Source of the DNA: Azolla caroliniana | Lineage: Eukaryota; Plantae; Polypodiophyta | Length of the DNA: 64,000 bases | Assembly (NCBI GenBank): GCA_043228905.1 | Contig: JBHGNT010000007.1 | Coordinates: 11,594,001 to 11,658,000 of the forward strand | Direction of reading: 5' to 3' | The notes under the pieces: model-generated | The model's database searches: none | Seen by the model: only the letters and a program-made list of their open reading frames with translations | Told to the model about the DNA's origin: nothing | Translations under genes and position numbers: made by a program | In this document: in pieces, positions 1 through 12,514 of the stretch | How the letters are laid out: the number at the start of each line of letters is the position of its first letter | Numbering within the stretch: position 1 is the stretch's first letter

Positions 1-818
1 TGATAAGCCGAAGAGATTTTGCAGGAGATTTTGAGGCTTGCCAATAGGTGCTTCCAAAAGTGAGAGATAAATTGAGGACCATGATCAGTAATTATATCGT
101 TTGGAAGACCATGATGGAAAAATACTTCACGCATAATGATATCTGCGGTTTCCTAACTATTGATACTCTTTACACATGGTAAAAAATGTGCCATCTTGGT
201 AAACGGATCCCCTACTATTAAAATGGTATCAAATCCTTTTGAAGGTGGCAGATCCGTAATGAAATACATAGAAATAGACTACCATGGCTTGGTTGGAGGC
301 GGTAATGGTTGTAACAAGCCATAAGGATGATGCCTGGGTATTTTGGCTCGACAACAGGTGTCACATGTATGAACGTAATCTTCGACAAATTTTTTCAAAT
401 GAGGCCACCAAAACGAACGCTTCACCAACTCCAAGGTCTTGGCAATACCAAAATGTCCAGCCATAGGGGCATCATGACAATGCTGTAATATTTGAAGGCG
501 GGGTGATCCATCAGGGACGTAAAGGAGATTCTTGTAAAAGAGTAAGCCATCTTGCCACTTGAATTCTTGATAATGTTGAGATGAATCTTGCAATGTGGAG
601 CAAGATGCATGGCTTGGACTAATGTGGGATGAGACATCCTTAGCGAAATCATCAGACTGAAGTTGTTGCCGAATAGTATCAACAAGGCGTGAATCAAGCG
701 GCATCACATAAACTTTTGTTTCTTGTAGCTTTGATGGTCCTAGTAGAATTTGCTTTTGGTTGTTGGAGGCTGGATCTCTAGGTCAAGGTGCGAGATATGA
801 ATGTCGAGATAGAGCATC
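1..818 (-). pseudogene. Chromovirus A (Tcn1-like Ty3/gypsy) pol, integrase region; continues beyond window start
   Basis: ORF 279-707 has the integrase zinc-binding motif (HCHDAPMAGHFG...CDTC). The frame rejoins 31904 across element T to give [13 protein letters not shown]. Confidence 0.9.
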
Positions 819-1320
819 TGGGAACCGTTTCTGGGAAAACACCTTCGATGAGCCCACAGGCTATCGGTATCAAGGGATCATGTTACGTGGAAGCTTCTTC
901 TCCATTGAGAAGATGATAGGAGAACGAGGAGCGTACACGGGCTACAACCTGTTAGGCATAAACGTAGCTCGATTTACGAGTACGGGGAGAATACACAATT
1001 AACAGAATAGTAAGAGCGAAACTTATATTAAATGATAAAGCTCACAGTGATTATAGTACACGGCTCTCGGCCAGACACAATTCGTGCAAAGCTCGGTGCT
1101 ACGATATTAATCTCGCTAAAAATGATCTAGATATCTCCTCCCTTTGAGGTATGCCGATCTCGGTTTATATAGTTTTCCTCTTTAGACAGAGCAGAGCCAT
1201 GGACTAATTGTGAGGGCTAAAAAAACTTGACTATTTCTAGTTCTACCTATTTCCTCACCTACTATTCTACCTACCGACGATTTTACATAATGTATTTATA
1301 TTTCTGGCCTATGGACAACA
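819..1320 (-). repeat. 3' LTR of element T
   Basis: Colinear with 31402-31903 with scattered substitutions; ends ...TATGGACAACA on +; TATATAA on minus near 1165-1171. Confidence 0.9.
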
Positions 1321-2940
1321 CTTGGGACGCCCGTGGGACAGGACTTTGTCTGTCGGACCCACGGTTCACAATGTGGAGGGATAACCACGGGTTTGGCAAA
1401 AACAAAACAAATTACAAAAGTTGCCCGTTTATACAAGGGCTTATGGGTTTGTTTTACTCCACTTCTAATATGTTGAGGATATCCTCGGGGGTGTGGGGTT
1501 GGTCGGGCTACTCGGAAGGTGGGGTTGGTGATGGAGGTTTTGTTGCCGAGTCGGGGATGGCTATGTCGTCGCGTGCGCCGCCCTCTGTTGGTACTGATTC
1601 AGGCGGGATCGGGGTTGTAGTTTGTGGCTTGGTTGGGATGTGGGGATCTGTAGGGGCAGGTTCCTTCGGTTTGGTTGCCGTGGTGGGTGGCTCGGGTTCT
1701 TGCTCGTTGGTCATGGGAGCTCTATTAGTCCTGGTAGCTAGGCGTTCCTCCTTGTAAGCTTCGGCTTCTAAACGAAACACCATTAGATTGTCATTGAATT
1801 CCTCTAGAAGTTGCTCGATGGCCGCGGTGTGGGATGCTTCTAAGCTATGATATTCCTCAGTCAAGTCTTCACGAAGGGTTTGGATGTTGGTGTCATCCGT
1901 TTTGTAAAACCCTCGGCCTTCCTTCCGTCAGTTCTCGACATCCGTGCACAGTATGTGTAGTTCCATGACTTGGGCTAACCACTCCTGCCAGACACAGTCA
2001 AGCGTTTCCTCGATCTTCTTGGTGAATTGCTGGCGATACTTGTTGATCAGGATCTTGATTTTAGTATCGTCCATACCGATGCTAGCTTGGTGCACTTCCA
2101 CTTCCTCCCTTGTGGCCTTGGCGTCTTCTTGGCTTTTGCGGACGAGGAGCGCTAATGTAGCTTGATTATCTTTTGCTTTTTCGGTGATGAGCGCGATTGT
2201 CTGCTCATAACGTTTGGTGAGCTGTGCTACAGTTTCGTCCATGTCCTTTCTCCAAGCGTCCCGATGATGTTCTCTGGCGGCGATGTGCTCTGTTTGCAAT
2301 TGGTGGTACGCATCGGAAATTTTCGCCCTTTGCTCTTCCGAGATCCTCCACTTCTGCATGTGTTCGTTTGCCAATTCTTGTAATGCCCTTTGATGACGTC
2401 GTAATTCCTGGTTGTCTGCGAATAACTCGTGTTCCCGTTGGCTATTCCGCTCTACTTCTTTGATGAAACGTTCTTTGGCCTCGGTGATAGAGACCTGAAG
2501 GGTCATCACCTCTCTTTCTTGTTCTTTGAGTGCGACCGAGCTTTCAGCAAGCAGTCGCTTGAGGTCAGCTTCACGGCCCGCGGCTTGTTCCCATAGTTGG
2601 CCAAGAATGTTGTTGTGGTTCTGTTTTGCTAAATCGGGCATAGCGATCTGGGCCTTAAGCTCCTCTTGGTAGTCCTGGAGGGGAGGCCCTGTCTGGGTTG
2701 CCGCTTGCTGGATTCGGGGACGGGGTTCCCTGTCTGTCTGTGTAGATTGTTCCATGACGACAGGTGGTGGTAGCGTTTGCGTGGAGGCGTGGTTGGTTTG
2801 GGGGTGCGGGCTTATATCTACCCGTGACGATGGCTCGCTTGTCTGTACCAATTCCGTCATTGTGCTGGCATTGACCGTGGCTACCCCGGGGTGAGCTGTG
2901 TTGTCTTTGTGTGCACTCAGGCTCGGGTTTGGAAGAGTGG

Positions 2941-3257
2941 TGTTAGGAAACAGGTCCCTCCGGATGGTGAAGACCTGGTGAGAACCGGATGAAGAGTATC
3001 CGGCTACGGAGAGCCGGATGGTGCAGACCCGGTGAGAACCGGATAACGAGTACCCGGCAAGCGCCGGATGATGCAGGCCCGGTGAGGAGTGCTCACCGGA
3101 TGAAGAGACATATTCGTAAATATGTTTCTGAGAGTCCATCGTAGCTATATTTGTAAATAGCTGAAAAGTCATATTAGTATAAATATGACTTAGGGCAAAC
3201 AGAGAATAATGATGTTGTCATTCTTGTTGGTAAAAGACTAGAGAGCGCATAATAGTG

Positions 3258-3311
<54 letters not shown>

Positions 3312-3583
3312 GAGGTCGTTGCCTCTGTTGTAACCGCCGCTTGTGGCGAAGATCGTGAGCACGAGGTCGTTGCCTCTATGAGCTCACTATTGTAATCATT
3401 GTGATATAGTGATAGTTTGGAGTCTGTGGACTCCTGTGGTTTTTCCCTCTCAGGGTTTTCCACGTTAAACATCTTGTGTACTCTTCTTTTCTTTTGTGTC
3501 GTGTGTTCATTCCCCATTTTCTGTGTTTGATTCTAAGCTCGGTTGTGGCCGAGCGTTACACAGAGAGCGTGTAGTTCCTGTCA
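2941..3583 (+). mobile_element. Solo LTR, Ty1/copia, related to C2 LTRs
   Basis: TG...CA ends with 5-bp TSD AGTGG (2936-2940, 3584-3588). Shares GGTCCCTCCGGATGG, GGGTTTTCCACGTTAA and CTCGGTTGTGGCCGAGCG with the C2 LTR. Confidence 0.92.
3261..3308 (+). repeat. (AG)n microsatellite within solo LTR
   Basis: Direct reading of the sequence. Confidence 0.95.
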
Positions 3584-5185
3584 AGTGGCTGGTGAGACAT
3601 CGTCACTCGGCACAGGGAGGCTATTCTGGATGTTGCTGCTTCAATGACGCCAGTTTGTCCTTGGCGGCTTGCCATAGCTCGGTAGCCCGTTTGGCTTGCT
3701 GATGCACCGTTTTGATATGTCGGGCCATGTCCTTGGCTGCCCGAGTAGTGTGGTGCAGATTTCGATATGCCTTGACTAAGGCCGTGTTCAGATCTGGTAG
3801 CTTCATGAAGAGAGAAGCATTATGTGCTTGCTTCTTCCACCCTATCTTCTATAAGGCTCGATCCTCGTGAGGTTCGATTTCTCCCATTAGAGCGCGTTGG
3901 ATCATCTTTGTTTCCCCATCTCCTCGGTCATATGAGCGGCAACAACTACTTGGGCGCGCGCGAGGAAATCCATTAACTCATATGTTGTGCCCAGTCGAAG
4001 TAGTGCACTGAACTCGTATGCCTCCGCGGGGAGATCTTTGTAACTGAGGACTTCGACTGGGCACAACATATGAACTCGTATGCCTCTGATATCTACGTGG
4101 TTTGTCCATGCTCGATCCTATCGACTTGGAGCCATGACTCCGCTGGTACCATGGCCGTGGAGGTCGGGCTGGCCTCTTTGGATTTCTGATGATGGTTGCC
4201 CTCGGTTTTTGTGGTTGACTCTCGAATGATGCGACGTCTTTTTCACGGCTGATCCTGTGCGTCCGGGGCTAGTGGTGTTAGCTCCTTGACCTGTTTCCTC
4301 TTTTGTTGCCGTATGGCCGAGGGCTACTGGCGTCTGGGCTGTGGGCTTGGTTGTGGAGAGGGCATCGATGTCCTTGGTGTTTTTTGGCGTATGGTGACAT
4401 CCTCAATGATGGGCTCCCTGGCCTCATCCCATTCGACATGGGTTGCTGTTAACGCCTGTTGTTTCTGTGTTTTTGGTGGGGGTGGTGCCGAGGCGGAAGT
4501 CGGGTTCCGAACGGCCGAGGGAGGTGGAGAAGGCAAGGGGTCTTCCCATTCTTCCTGGGTTAACGCCAAAATCTTCTCTTGTTGTTTCCGTGGTGGTGGT
4601 GGGGAGGTAAGGATGTGACGAGGGGAAACCGAAGGAGGTGGGTAGAGGACTGTGAGGAAGTGATTAATCACAGGCAACAAGCGCTTACCGGTTTGAAAAG
4701 ATTCGAGTGCCGAACGGACTCCTTCGCCGGTGATGATTCCCCAATCGATTTTGTCGCCTTCATACGCCCGGATGATGATGGCAACTTTATTCTGTGGCAT
4801 ACTCGTGGGATTTGTATGCACAAAGGCATATTCCATCAAAATCCAAGCAATCTCCCCAAAAGCTTTGTTTGGCCCTCCGTAAGTGCGGTAAGCTTTACCT
4901 GACATCGAATACATCCTAAAATATTCCTTGAAGATCAAGTGGGGAGGGATTTCAACCTCATGGTCTCCGTCTCGCGCAAGGTCCAGAGCAACGCGAATCA
5001 TGTTGTTGGTTATTGTGTCAGGGTGGATTCTGCGTGCTAGTGTTGGGGCGTCGATGACCTGTAAGTACCCACCCAGTCCTCGTTGTTGTAGCCAAGAACG
5101 GGTTTCCAGCGATGCTGCGAGAGGCATGGTGGACACGAAGGTTTGCTGACAGGAGGCGTGGGGGGAAGCGATGAGACGAGGGCGA

Positions 5186-5631
5186 TGTCAGGAGTAGTAC
5201 TAAAACAGAGAGAGAATTAGTACTAGAGAAGGGAAGTACTATTAGTACTAAGAGGACGGGACTACGTAAGACTCCCGAGAGAGAGAAAAGAGAAGAGAAG
5301 AGAGAGAAAGAGAGATAGTGAGGACGAGAGAGAGATGATGATAACATATGATATATTATAGAAAGAGTAAGTACAAGATGGCTATGAGGCTTAAGACTGG
5401 CGTTGAACCAATTTGGTTCAAAACAATGCCTTGTGCCTCCTTTTATAGTGCTCTCAGGAGTAGACTTGAAGCTTCTAGAATGTTCCAGAGATATCTGGAA
5501 TATATATTAATTTCTTATAATAAAGTATAAATGAAAATAATATCCTACAAATTACAATAGATGGTGTGATGGTTAAGAGCTCGACCCATATACCATAAGG
5601 TCATGGGTTCGAGTCTTGCCATATCATGACA
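5186..5631 (-). repeat. G1 3' LTR
   Basis: TGTCA...TGACA, pairs with 10526-10973. Confidence 0.95.
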
Positions 5632-7376
5632 CTATCCTCCCCTTAAGACGACGAGTGGAACGAGTCGACATTGATTGAGGACCAGGTTTGTTGGGATACT
5701 ATCGGTGAAAATCAGCAAGAAGATCTTGAGCATTGGCGACGGGCTCCCAAGTACGTTCGCTCGGACTATAACCGAGCCAATCGACCAAATAATAAAGTTT
5801 GTTGCGAACAAATTTGGAGTCAAGGATGGCAACAACTTCATACTCCGGGCCAACGTCTAACTCAAGTGGGGGCGGCGGTGGTGTAACACGATTGGGAATA
5901 GTGTTTGCTTTATAAGGTTCAAGAAGAGAACTATGGAAGACCGGATCTTCATACTCCGGGCCAACGTCTAACTCAAGTGGGGGCGGCGGTGGTGTAACAC
6001 GATTGGGAATAGTGTTTGCTTTATAAGGTTCAAGAAGAGAACTATGGAAGACCGGATGTATTCGAAGATGCGGAGGAAGATCAAGGCGGAACGTGACATT
6101 ATTAACCTTACCGGTAATACGGAAAGGACCGAGTTGTCGATAATACAACTTGTCGCACGGTCGAGTAGTCTTGATGTGACGATGTAAAAGCCATACTCAA
6201 TCTCCGATGGCAAAAGCCGATGACGATCCACGTAAGTCTTCTGTGTTTGTTGAGCATGACAAAGATGAGTGGAGAGATCCATCTGGATCTTGCATAGTCT
6301 CTCCAAATGATCCTCGACATGAGGATTGGTAGGTAGGTCCGGGGTGTCGATCACCGACCAACGAGGATGAGAACCGGTATAAGCATAGAATGGGGAGACT
6401 CAAGTCGAGGAGTGAACAACATTATTATACGCAAACTCCGCAAAGTGGAGAATCTCGGCCCAATCGTCCTGTTGATAACTTAGGAAACACCGGAGGTATT
6501 GCTCCAGTGTTTGGTTTGTTCGTTCTGCCTGCCCATCGGTCTGAGGATGGTAGCCGGAGGAGAGGTTGCAAGAGACCTTGAGCATCTTGAAGAGATGCTA
6601 CCAAAATTTGGAGACGAATTGCGGTCCTCGGTTACTTATGATACTGTCTGGGAGGCCATGATGCCAAAATACCTCACACATGACAAGGGCGGCGGTTTCC
6701 TCGCTAGTGATGGCCTTAGTACACGACACAAAATGTGCCATCTTCGTATATCGATCGACGACGGTTAAGATAGCATCGAACCCCTTCGAGATCGGCAGAT
6801 CTGTGATAAAGTCAAGACAAATAGACCGCCACGGCTTACTTGGAATCGGTAAGGGTTCCAACAAGCCATATGGATGGTGCGTGGCATCTTTGCTCGGCAG
6901 CAAGCATCACAGGTCCAAACGTAGTCGTCGACAAAATGTCGCATATGGGGCCACCAAAAGGATCGTTGAACTAGATCCAACGTCTTAGTGCTACCGAAAT
7001 GTCCCGCCATATGGGTGTCGTGACAACTTTGGATGATTTGAAGGCAACAAGAGCAATCGGGGACATATACAAGTTTTTTAAAGAATAACAAACCATCATG
7101 ATATTCGAATTGTTGGTAGTCCATACTTGGTTGTTGAGACTAGGAACAGGATGCCCGAGAGGTATTAATGTGCACCATAATGTCTTGAGCAAAATTGTTC
7201 GTCTTCAAGTTCGCACGTATGGTGTCGGTAATTTGGGAATCCATTGGGGTGTGAAAAATCTGCGTTGTGTGCAATCGTGTTGGTCCCAAGATGACTTGCT
7301 TTTGATTATCGAACGCTGGATCACCAGGACGAGGTGCAAGATATGAACGCCATGATAGTGCATCTGCCTTTCCTTG

Positions 7377-8777
7377 CTACTTCCCCGGTCGATATGCGAT
7401 TTTGAAATCAAAATGTGTGAGGAATTGAGCCCACCTAGCTTGCTGTCGATTTAGCACACGAGCATTTTGGAAAAAAGAAAGATTCTTGTGATCACTGAAG
7501 ACGATGACCTGATGTGGAGAGCCCTCTAAAAAATGCCGCCATTGCACAAATGAATCCACGATGGCTAATAACTCCTTGTCATGTATTTCGTAGTTGATTT
7601 CCGCAACATCGAATTTGCGCGAATGGAAAGCCACAGGATGTAACTCTTCTTTATCTCCTTGTTGAGAAAGGATGCTACCGAGGGCGAAATCTGATGCGTC
7701 GGCTTCCATGATGAATGGTTTGCTTGTATCCACATGAGCTAGAATAGGTGCTGATGTAAAGACTTTCTTAAGATGGCGAAAAGCCATGTCCGCTTTATTG
7801 GACCAAAGAAATGCTTGTCCCTTCTTCGTAAGTTGTGTGAGAGGTAAAATAATCTTCGAGTAATCCTGTATAAACTTGCGGTAGAAGTTAGCAAAACCTA
7901 GAAAACATTGTACATCTCGTACTGACCGTGGAATTTGCCACTCTAGCACAGTTTGGACTTTAGCTGGATCCATGGAGATGCCCTTTGAGGAGATAACGTA
8001 GCCTAGAAATTCCACTTGCTTGCAGTCAAAGCTACATTTTTCTAGCTTGGCATAAAGACCATTCTTGCGGAGTCGGTTTAGTACTAATAGTACATGAGAA
8101 TCATGCTCTTCTTGGGTCTTCAAATAAATCAATAGATCATCCAGATAGATGATCAAACAAATATCCAAGAGGTCTCTGAATATATCATTTGCCATGTGTT
8201 GGAAGACTCCGGGCGCATTGGTTAGACTGAATGGCATAACAGTATATTCGAAATGCCCATACCGCGTGCCAAAGGCGGTCTTCCATTCATCTCCCGGTCG
8301 GATCCGCACGAGGTTATACGCTCCTCGTAGATCAATTTTTGTAAAAAACTTGGCACCATTAACTCGCTCTAAAAGACTTGATATAAGAGGAAGTGCATAC
8401 CTATCCCGAATGGTGACCTTATTTAAGCCGCAGTAATCAACGACGAGACGAAGTGAGCCATCTTTCTTCTTGACAAAGAAGATGGGTGCTCCGGCCGGAG
8501 ATTTCGAATGACGAATAAACCTGCTTGCCAAGTTCTCCTCTATGTAGGCTCGAAGGACTTCTAACTCGGTGGGTGACAAGTTGTAGATTGGTCCCCATGG
8601 TGGCTTTGCTCCTGGTTGTAAATCGATGGGACAATCGTAGGGACGATGATGAGGAAGAGTACCGGCGTTTACCTTGTCAAATACGTCGGCATAAGGATGA
8701 TATTTCGCCGGAAGTTGCACTAAGGATTCCTCCTTAATATTGTTGGAAGGATGTACTGATATGACAAATGGGAACAT
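7377..8777 (-). pseudogene. G1 pol fragment: reverse transcriptase and RNase H
   Basis: [24 protein letters not shown]; flanked by frameshifts and stops. Confidence 0.92.
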
Positions 8778-10525
8778 TGCCTCCTTGTGTCCTTCTTCGC
8801 GTAGTTGACGTAGTGAAATGGTCGAAACTCGATGAGTAGATTCTTGGGGTTGACGATATCAGACTTCTCTTGTTCTCCAATCTATGTCTGGATTATGTAG
8901 TTCAAACCAAGGTAATCCTAGGACAATGGGATGCTCTAGACTACTAATTATATTAAATGATACTACACACACAAAACTACCTAGGACAACCTGAATGGGT
9001 TCTAACTCTTCTACAATATTCCCGGAAGCAATGGGACAACCATCAATGACTACTGCAGATGCGGGGCAAGGAAGTTTTCTTAAGGATATCTGAGAAGCTT
9101 AGGCAAAATTTCGATCCATGAAACAGGAATTGGCTCCAGAATCTAAAAGTGCTAGGACTTGTAATGGGGGAGTACTTTTAGTACTAACCATGACTTGGGC
9201 TAGGAACACATTGCTAACTTGCTTGGAGGGAATGGAACCACAAATGGGCTATATAGATCTATGGTTGTCCAACCAAACGACTCCTATTTTGGCTGGACTC
9301 AATCGTTTAACTCTTCATCTAATTGACTAAGGATTTCAAATTTGTTTGAGATACTTGGGCTATTAGTACTATTAATACTATTAGACACTCTATTAGTACT
9401 ATTAATACTATCAGACACTCCTAAGGGAAGAATTGACTCGGGTTTAGTACATGCTACGATTTGATTTACCTGTCTTCTTGGCCTATGGGGACAATTGATT
9501 GCAATATGCCCTGGTCCACCGCAATAAAGACATAATCGGTTTGCACGTCGTCGTTGCTTTTCTTCTTCTAATAATGGGCCACGTCGACGCATGGTGTTGA
9601 TCTCCATCGGTGTCAGAGTATTTACTTGAGGTATGTCTTGTGCAAATGGTTTAGCCGCGATTGAGGTGTAAGTGGGCTCCGGCCTAGAGCATGGTATTTG
9701 TAATTGACGTTTCGAACGCCGTTCAGAAAGGCGGTTGTCAATCCGGACCGCTCGACTGATTGCCTCCGTAAGAGACTTTGGTTCTTCGGGGAAGGTTAGA
9801 AGTAGATCTTTGACATCGTTTCACAGGCCGTAGCAAAATTGTTCCATTAGTGCCTAATCATCCCAGGGGATATCTGAACCGAGTAGACGGAAATCCGCTG
9901 CGTAGGCAGAGGCTAGACGATCACCTTGACGCAATCGTCGGAGTTTGTTGATCGCCGTCCGGATGCTGTCTGTATCTCCAAAGCAAGCTTTAAACTCACT
10001 AATAAAGTCTTCAAAGTTATTAAGTAAGGGCGATTGTTTTTCCAGAAGCAGAGCAAACGGTGCCAAGGCTGAGCCGCTAAGCAATGTGCCTATGAGGCCG
10101 ACTCGGGATGCATCAGTGGGGTATCAAGAAGGATGCATTTGAATGACCAAGCGTACCTGATTGAGGAATCCCCTAAATTGCGATCGTGTTCCATCAAATT
10201 TCACAGGAAGTTCAATCTTGGGCTCTTTATGAAATCCTTGGGGACTTGATCCTTGCTGTTGCAACACTGCTTGGAGTTGTTGCACACGTAACGCTAACTC
10301 CCCATGTTGTTGCTACGTTTGCTGTTTTTCTAGGGCGATTTGTTGAAGATCCCCTAACAACCGTTGGTTTTCTTGTTCCAAGGCAACAAAATTTTCTTTT
10401 AGACACTGTAGCTCGGAGAAAACGAATTGGTATTCTTGGGTGTTAACAGAAGCCATTGTATAGAAAAAAGGATAAGAGGATGAGGGAAACCAAAAGAAAG
10501 ACTAGAGAGGAAAATTGGTTCAAAC

Positions 10526-10973
10526 TGTTAGGAATAGTACTAAAATAGAGAGAGAATTAGTACTAGAGAAGGGAAGTACTATTAGTACTAAGAGGACAGG
10601 ACTGCGTAAGACTCTTGAGAGAGAGAAAAGAGAAGAGAAGAGAGAGAAAGAGAGATAGTGAGGACAAGAGAGAGAGATGATGATAACAAATGATATATTA
10701 TAGAAAGAGTAAGTACAAGATGGCTATGAGGCTTAAGACTGGCATTGAACCAATTTGGTTCAAAACAATGCCTTGTGCCTCCTTTTATAGTGCTCTCAGG
10801 AGTAGTCCTGAAGTTTCTAGAATGTTCTAGAGAAATCTGGAATATACATTAATTTCTTATAATAAAGCATAAATGAAAATAATATCCTACAAATTACAAT
10901 AGATGGTGTGATGGTTAAGAGCTCGACCCATATACCATAAGATCATGGGTTCGAGTCTTGCCATATCATGACA
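10526..10973 (-). repeat. G1 5' LTR
   Basis: Pairs with 5186-5631 with several substitutions. Confidence 0.95.
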
Positions 10974-11403
10974 GGCGAGACACAAAGCTGGAAGAAGATG
11001 GTTAGGGAGGACACTGTTGTTCTGTGTAGGGGCTACGAGGGTGAGAGGGGGCTGGTTTGTAGGGCGATGAGAACGAGAGAGAGCTTGAAGGCGGGGAAGG
11101 CAAGAATGCGTTGTGTGTGGGGTAGTTTCTTTTATGTGACTGCCTAGGGTTTTGTGTAGGGAGAAGATCCTTGAGATTCTTGGTCATGGCTTCCATAATA
11201 AGGTATTATGGCCACGTGTCCCAGGAGTGCTATGTCTGGTGTGCATGCTCCTTAAATATTCTATTTTAAAGTGAATGTGACTAGTTGGTGCGCCTAAGAA
11301 AATCTCGTGATTTGGGGTGATTAGTTAGGTAGTTTTTGGTAAGGCTAATTTAACTGTTAAAAAACCATTCCTACTATATACATTTGGTGGGTAGGTCATT
11401 ATT

Positions 11404-12510
11404 TTACCGATGGGGACACGTGGCCTCCTTCGAGGCGTCGTCCGGGAACTGGTCCGTGCCGTGGGTCTCGGTGAAAGGATTCACTGGGGTCTTCCCGTGG
11501 TAAGGTCGAATTCGGAAGCCATTTACCCAGCTTTTGATGATGTCTCCGGCAAGTGTGCTGAGTTGGAATGTGCCGTTAAACTCGTCAATTATCCAGAAGG
11601 GGCATGTCCATCGGAATCGTAATTTCCCCGGCATAGCACCGAGTCGTGTTTGGAAGACTAGCACTGGTTTGCCGATGGTAAGTGATTTCTCCGTACCCTT
11701 CCGGTGTCGATCGACGAAGACTTTGCATTGTCGTTGGTGTTGTTCCAAGTGAGCCATGCTGGCCACTCGTTGTTCGCCGAGTTCGAGGAGTTGTCCGAGA
11801 CGATATTGCTCTGATTGGGCCTTGGGTAGCCTTTCCTTAACCTGAACTCGGAGACTCGGAACTTGGAACTCGATCGGCATGACTGCTTCCAAACCAAAGG
11901 CCATCCGAAAGGGTGTAGACTGAATGCTAGTTTTGAATGTGGTGCGATACGCCCATAATGCACTCTAGAGCTTGTCATCCCAATCAGTGCGGTTCTCATT
12001 GACGATCTTTTTCAGGATTGTTTGCAAACTTTTATTAGTAGACTCCGCCAATCCGTTTGCCTGTGGATAGTACAACGTACTTTTCTTACCTACGACTGCG
12101 TAGTGTGTAGTGAGCTCGCGAATTATGTTGTTTATAAAATGCCCGCCTTGGTCACTGATGAGCTCAATTGGGCATTCATATCGGCACCATAGATGTTCGT
12201 ATACGAATTTTGCCTTGGATGCAGCTGTGTTGTCCCGCAATGCCTTAGCCTCGACCCATTTTGTGCAATAGTCTGTGGCCATGATGATGTATTTGTTACC
12301 GGTGCGGGCCGCGGCTGGTTTGAAAGGTCCTACAAAATCTAACCCCCACTTTTAAAATGGCTCTAACGGAAGAATGGGTTGGTGCGACATCCGAGCTTGC
12401 TCGGTCGGTTGTCCCATGCGTTGACATAGATCGCATTGTCGATAGAATTCATGAGCATCTTTTTTTGTTGTGGCCCACCATAAGCTATTTTTCTTGCCGT
12501 GGCCTCACCA
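11404..12510 (-). pseudogene. Element T integrase (fragmented)
   Basis: DYCTKWVEA, ISDQGGHF, YYPQANGLAE, GKLRFRW; no chromodomain seen. Confidence 0.9.
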
Positions 12511-12514
12511 ATTG

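Larger units (their letters stand above)
1508..5136 (-). pseudogene. Extra ORF of element T downstream of pol (Pro-rich and coiled-coil), broken by stops and a solo LTR
   Basis: Same-sense ORF pieces 4324-5136, 3621-3806, 1928-2940 and 1508-1864 lie between the integrase and the 3' LTR. The KIDWGII-containing N-terminal part is reminiscent of Athila/Tat-type accessory ORFs. Confidence 0.65.
5186..10973 (-). mobile_element. G1: full-length but degenerate Tcn1-like chromovirus
   Basis: LTRs 5186-5631 and 10526-10973, TSD GGCGA (5181-5185, 10974-10978), PPT at 5632-5643. Broken gag (about 9299-10457) and pol (RT YLDD, RH, IN, chromodomain [19 protein letters not shown]). Close relative of G3. 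Confidence 0.95.

Noticed and set aside
1928-3172. 414-aa host coiled-coil gene
   Set aside because: The first 77 or so codons are the antisense of a solo LTR; the rest belongs to the accessory ORF of element T.
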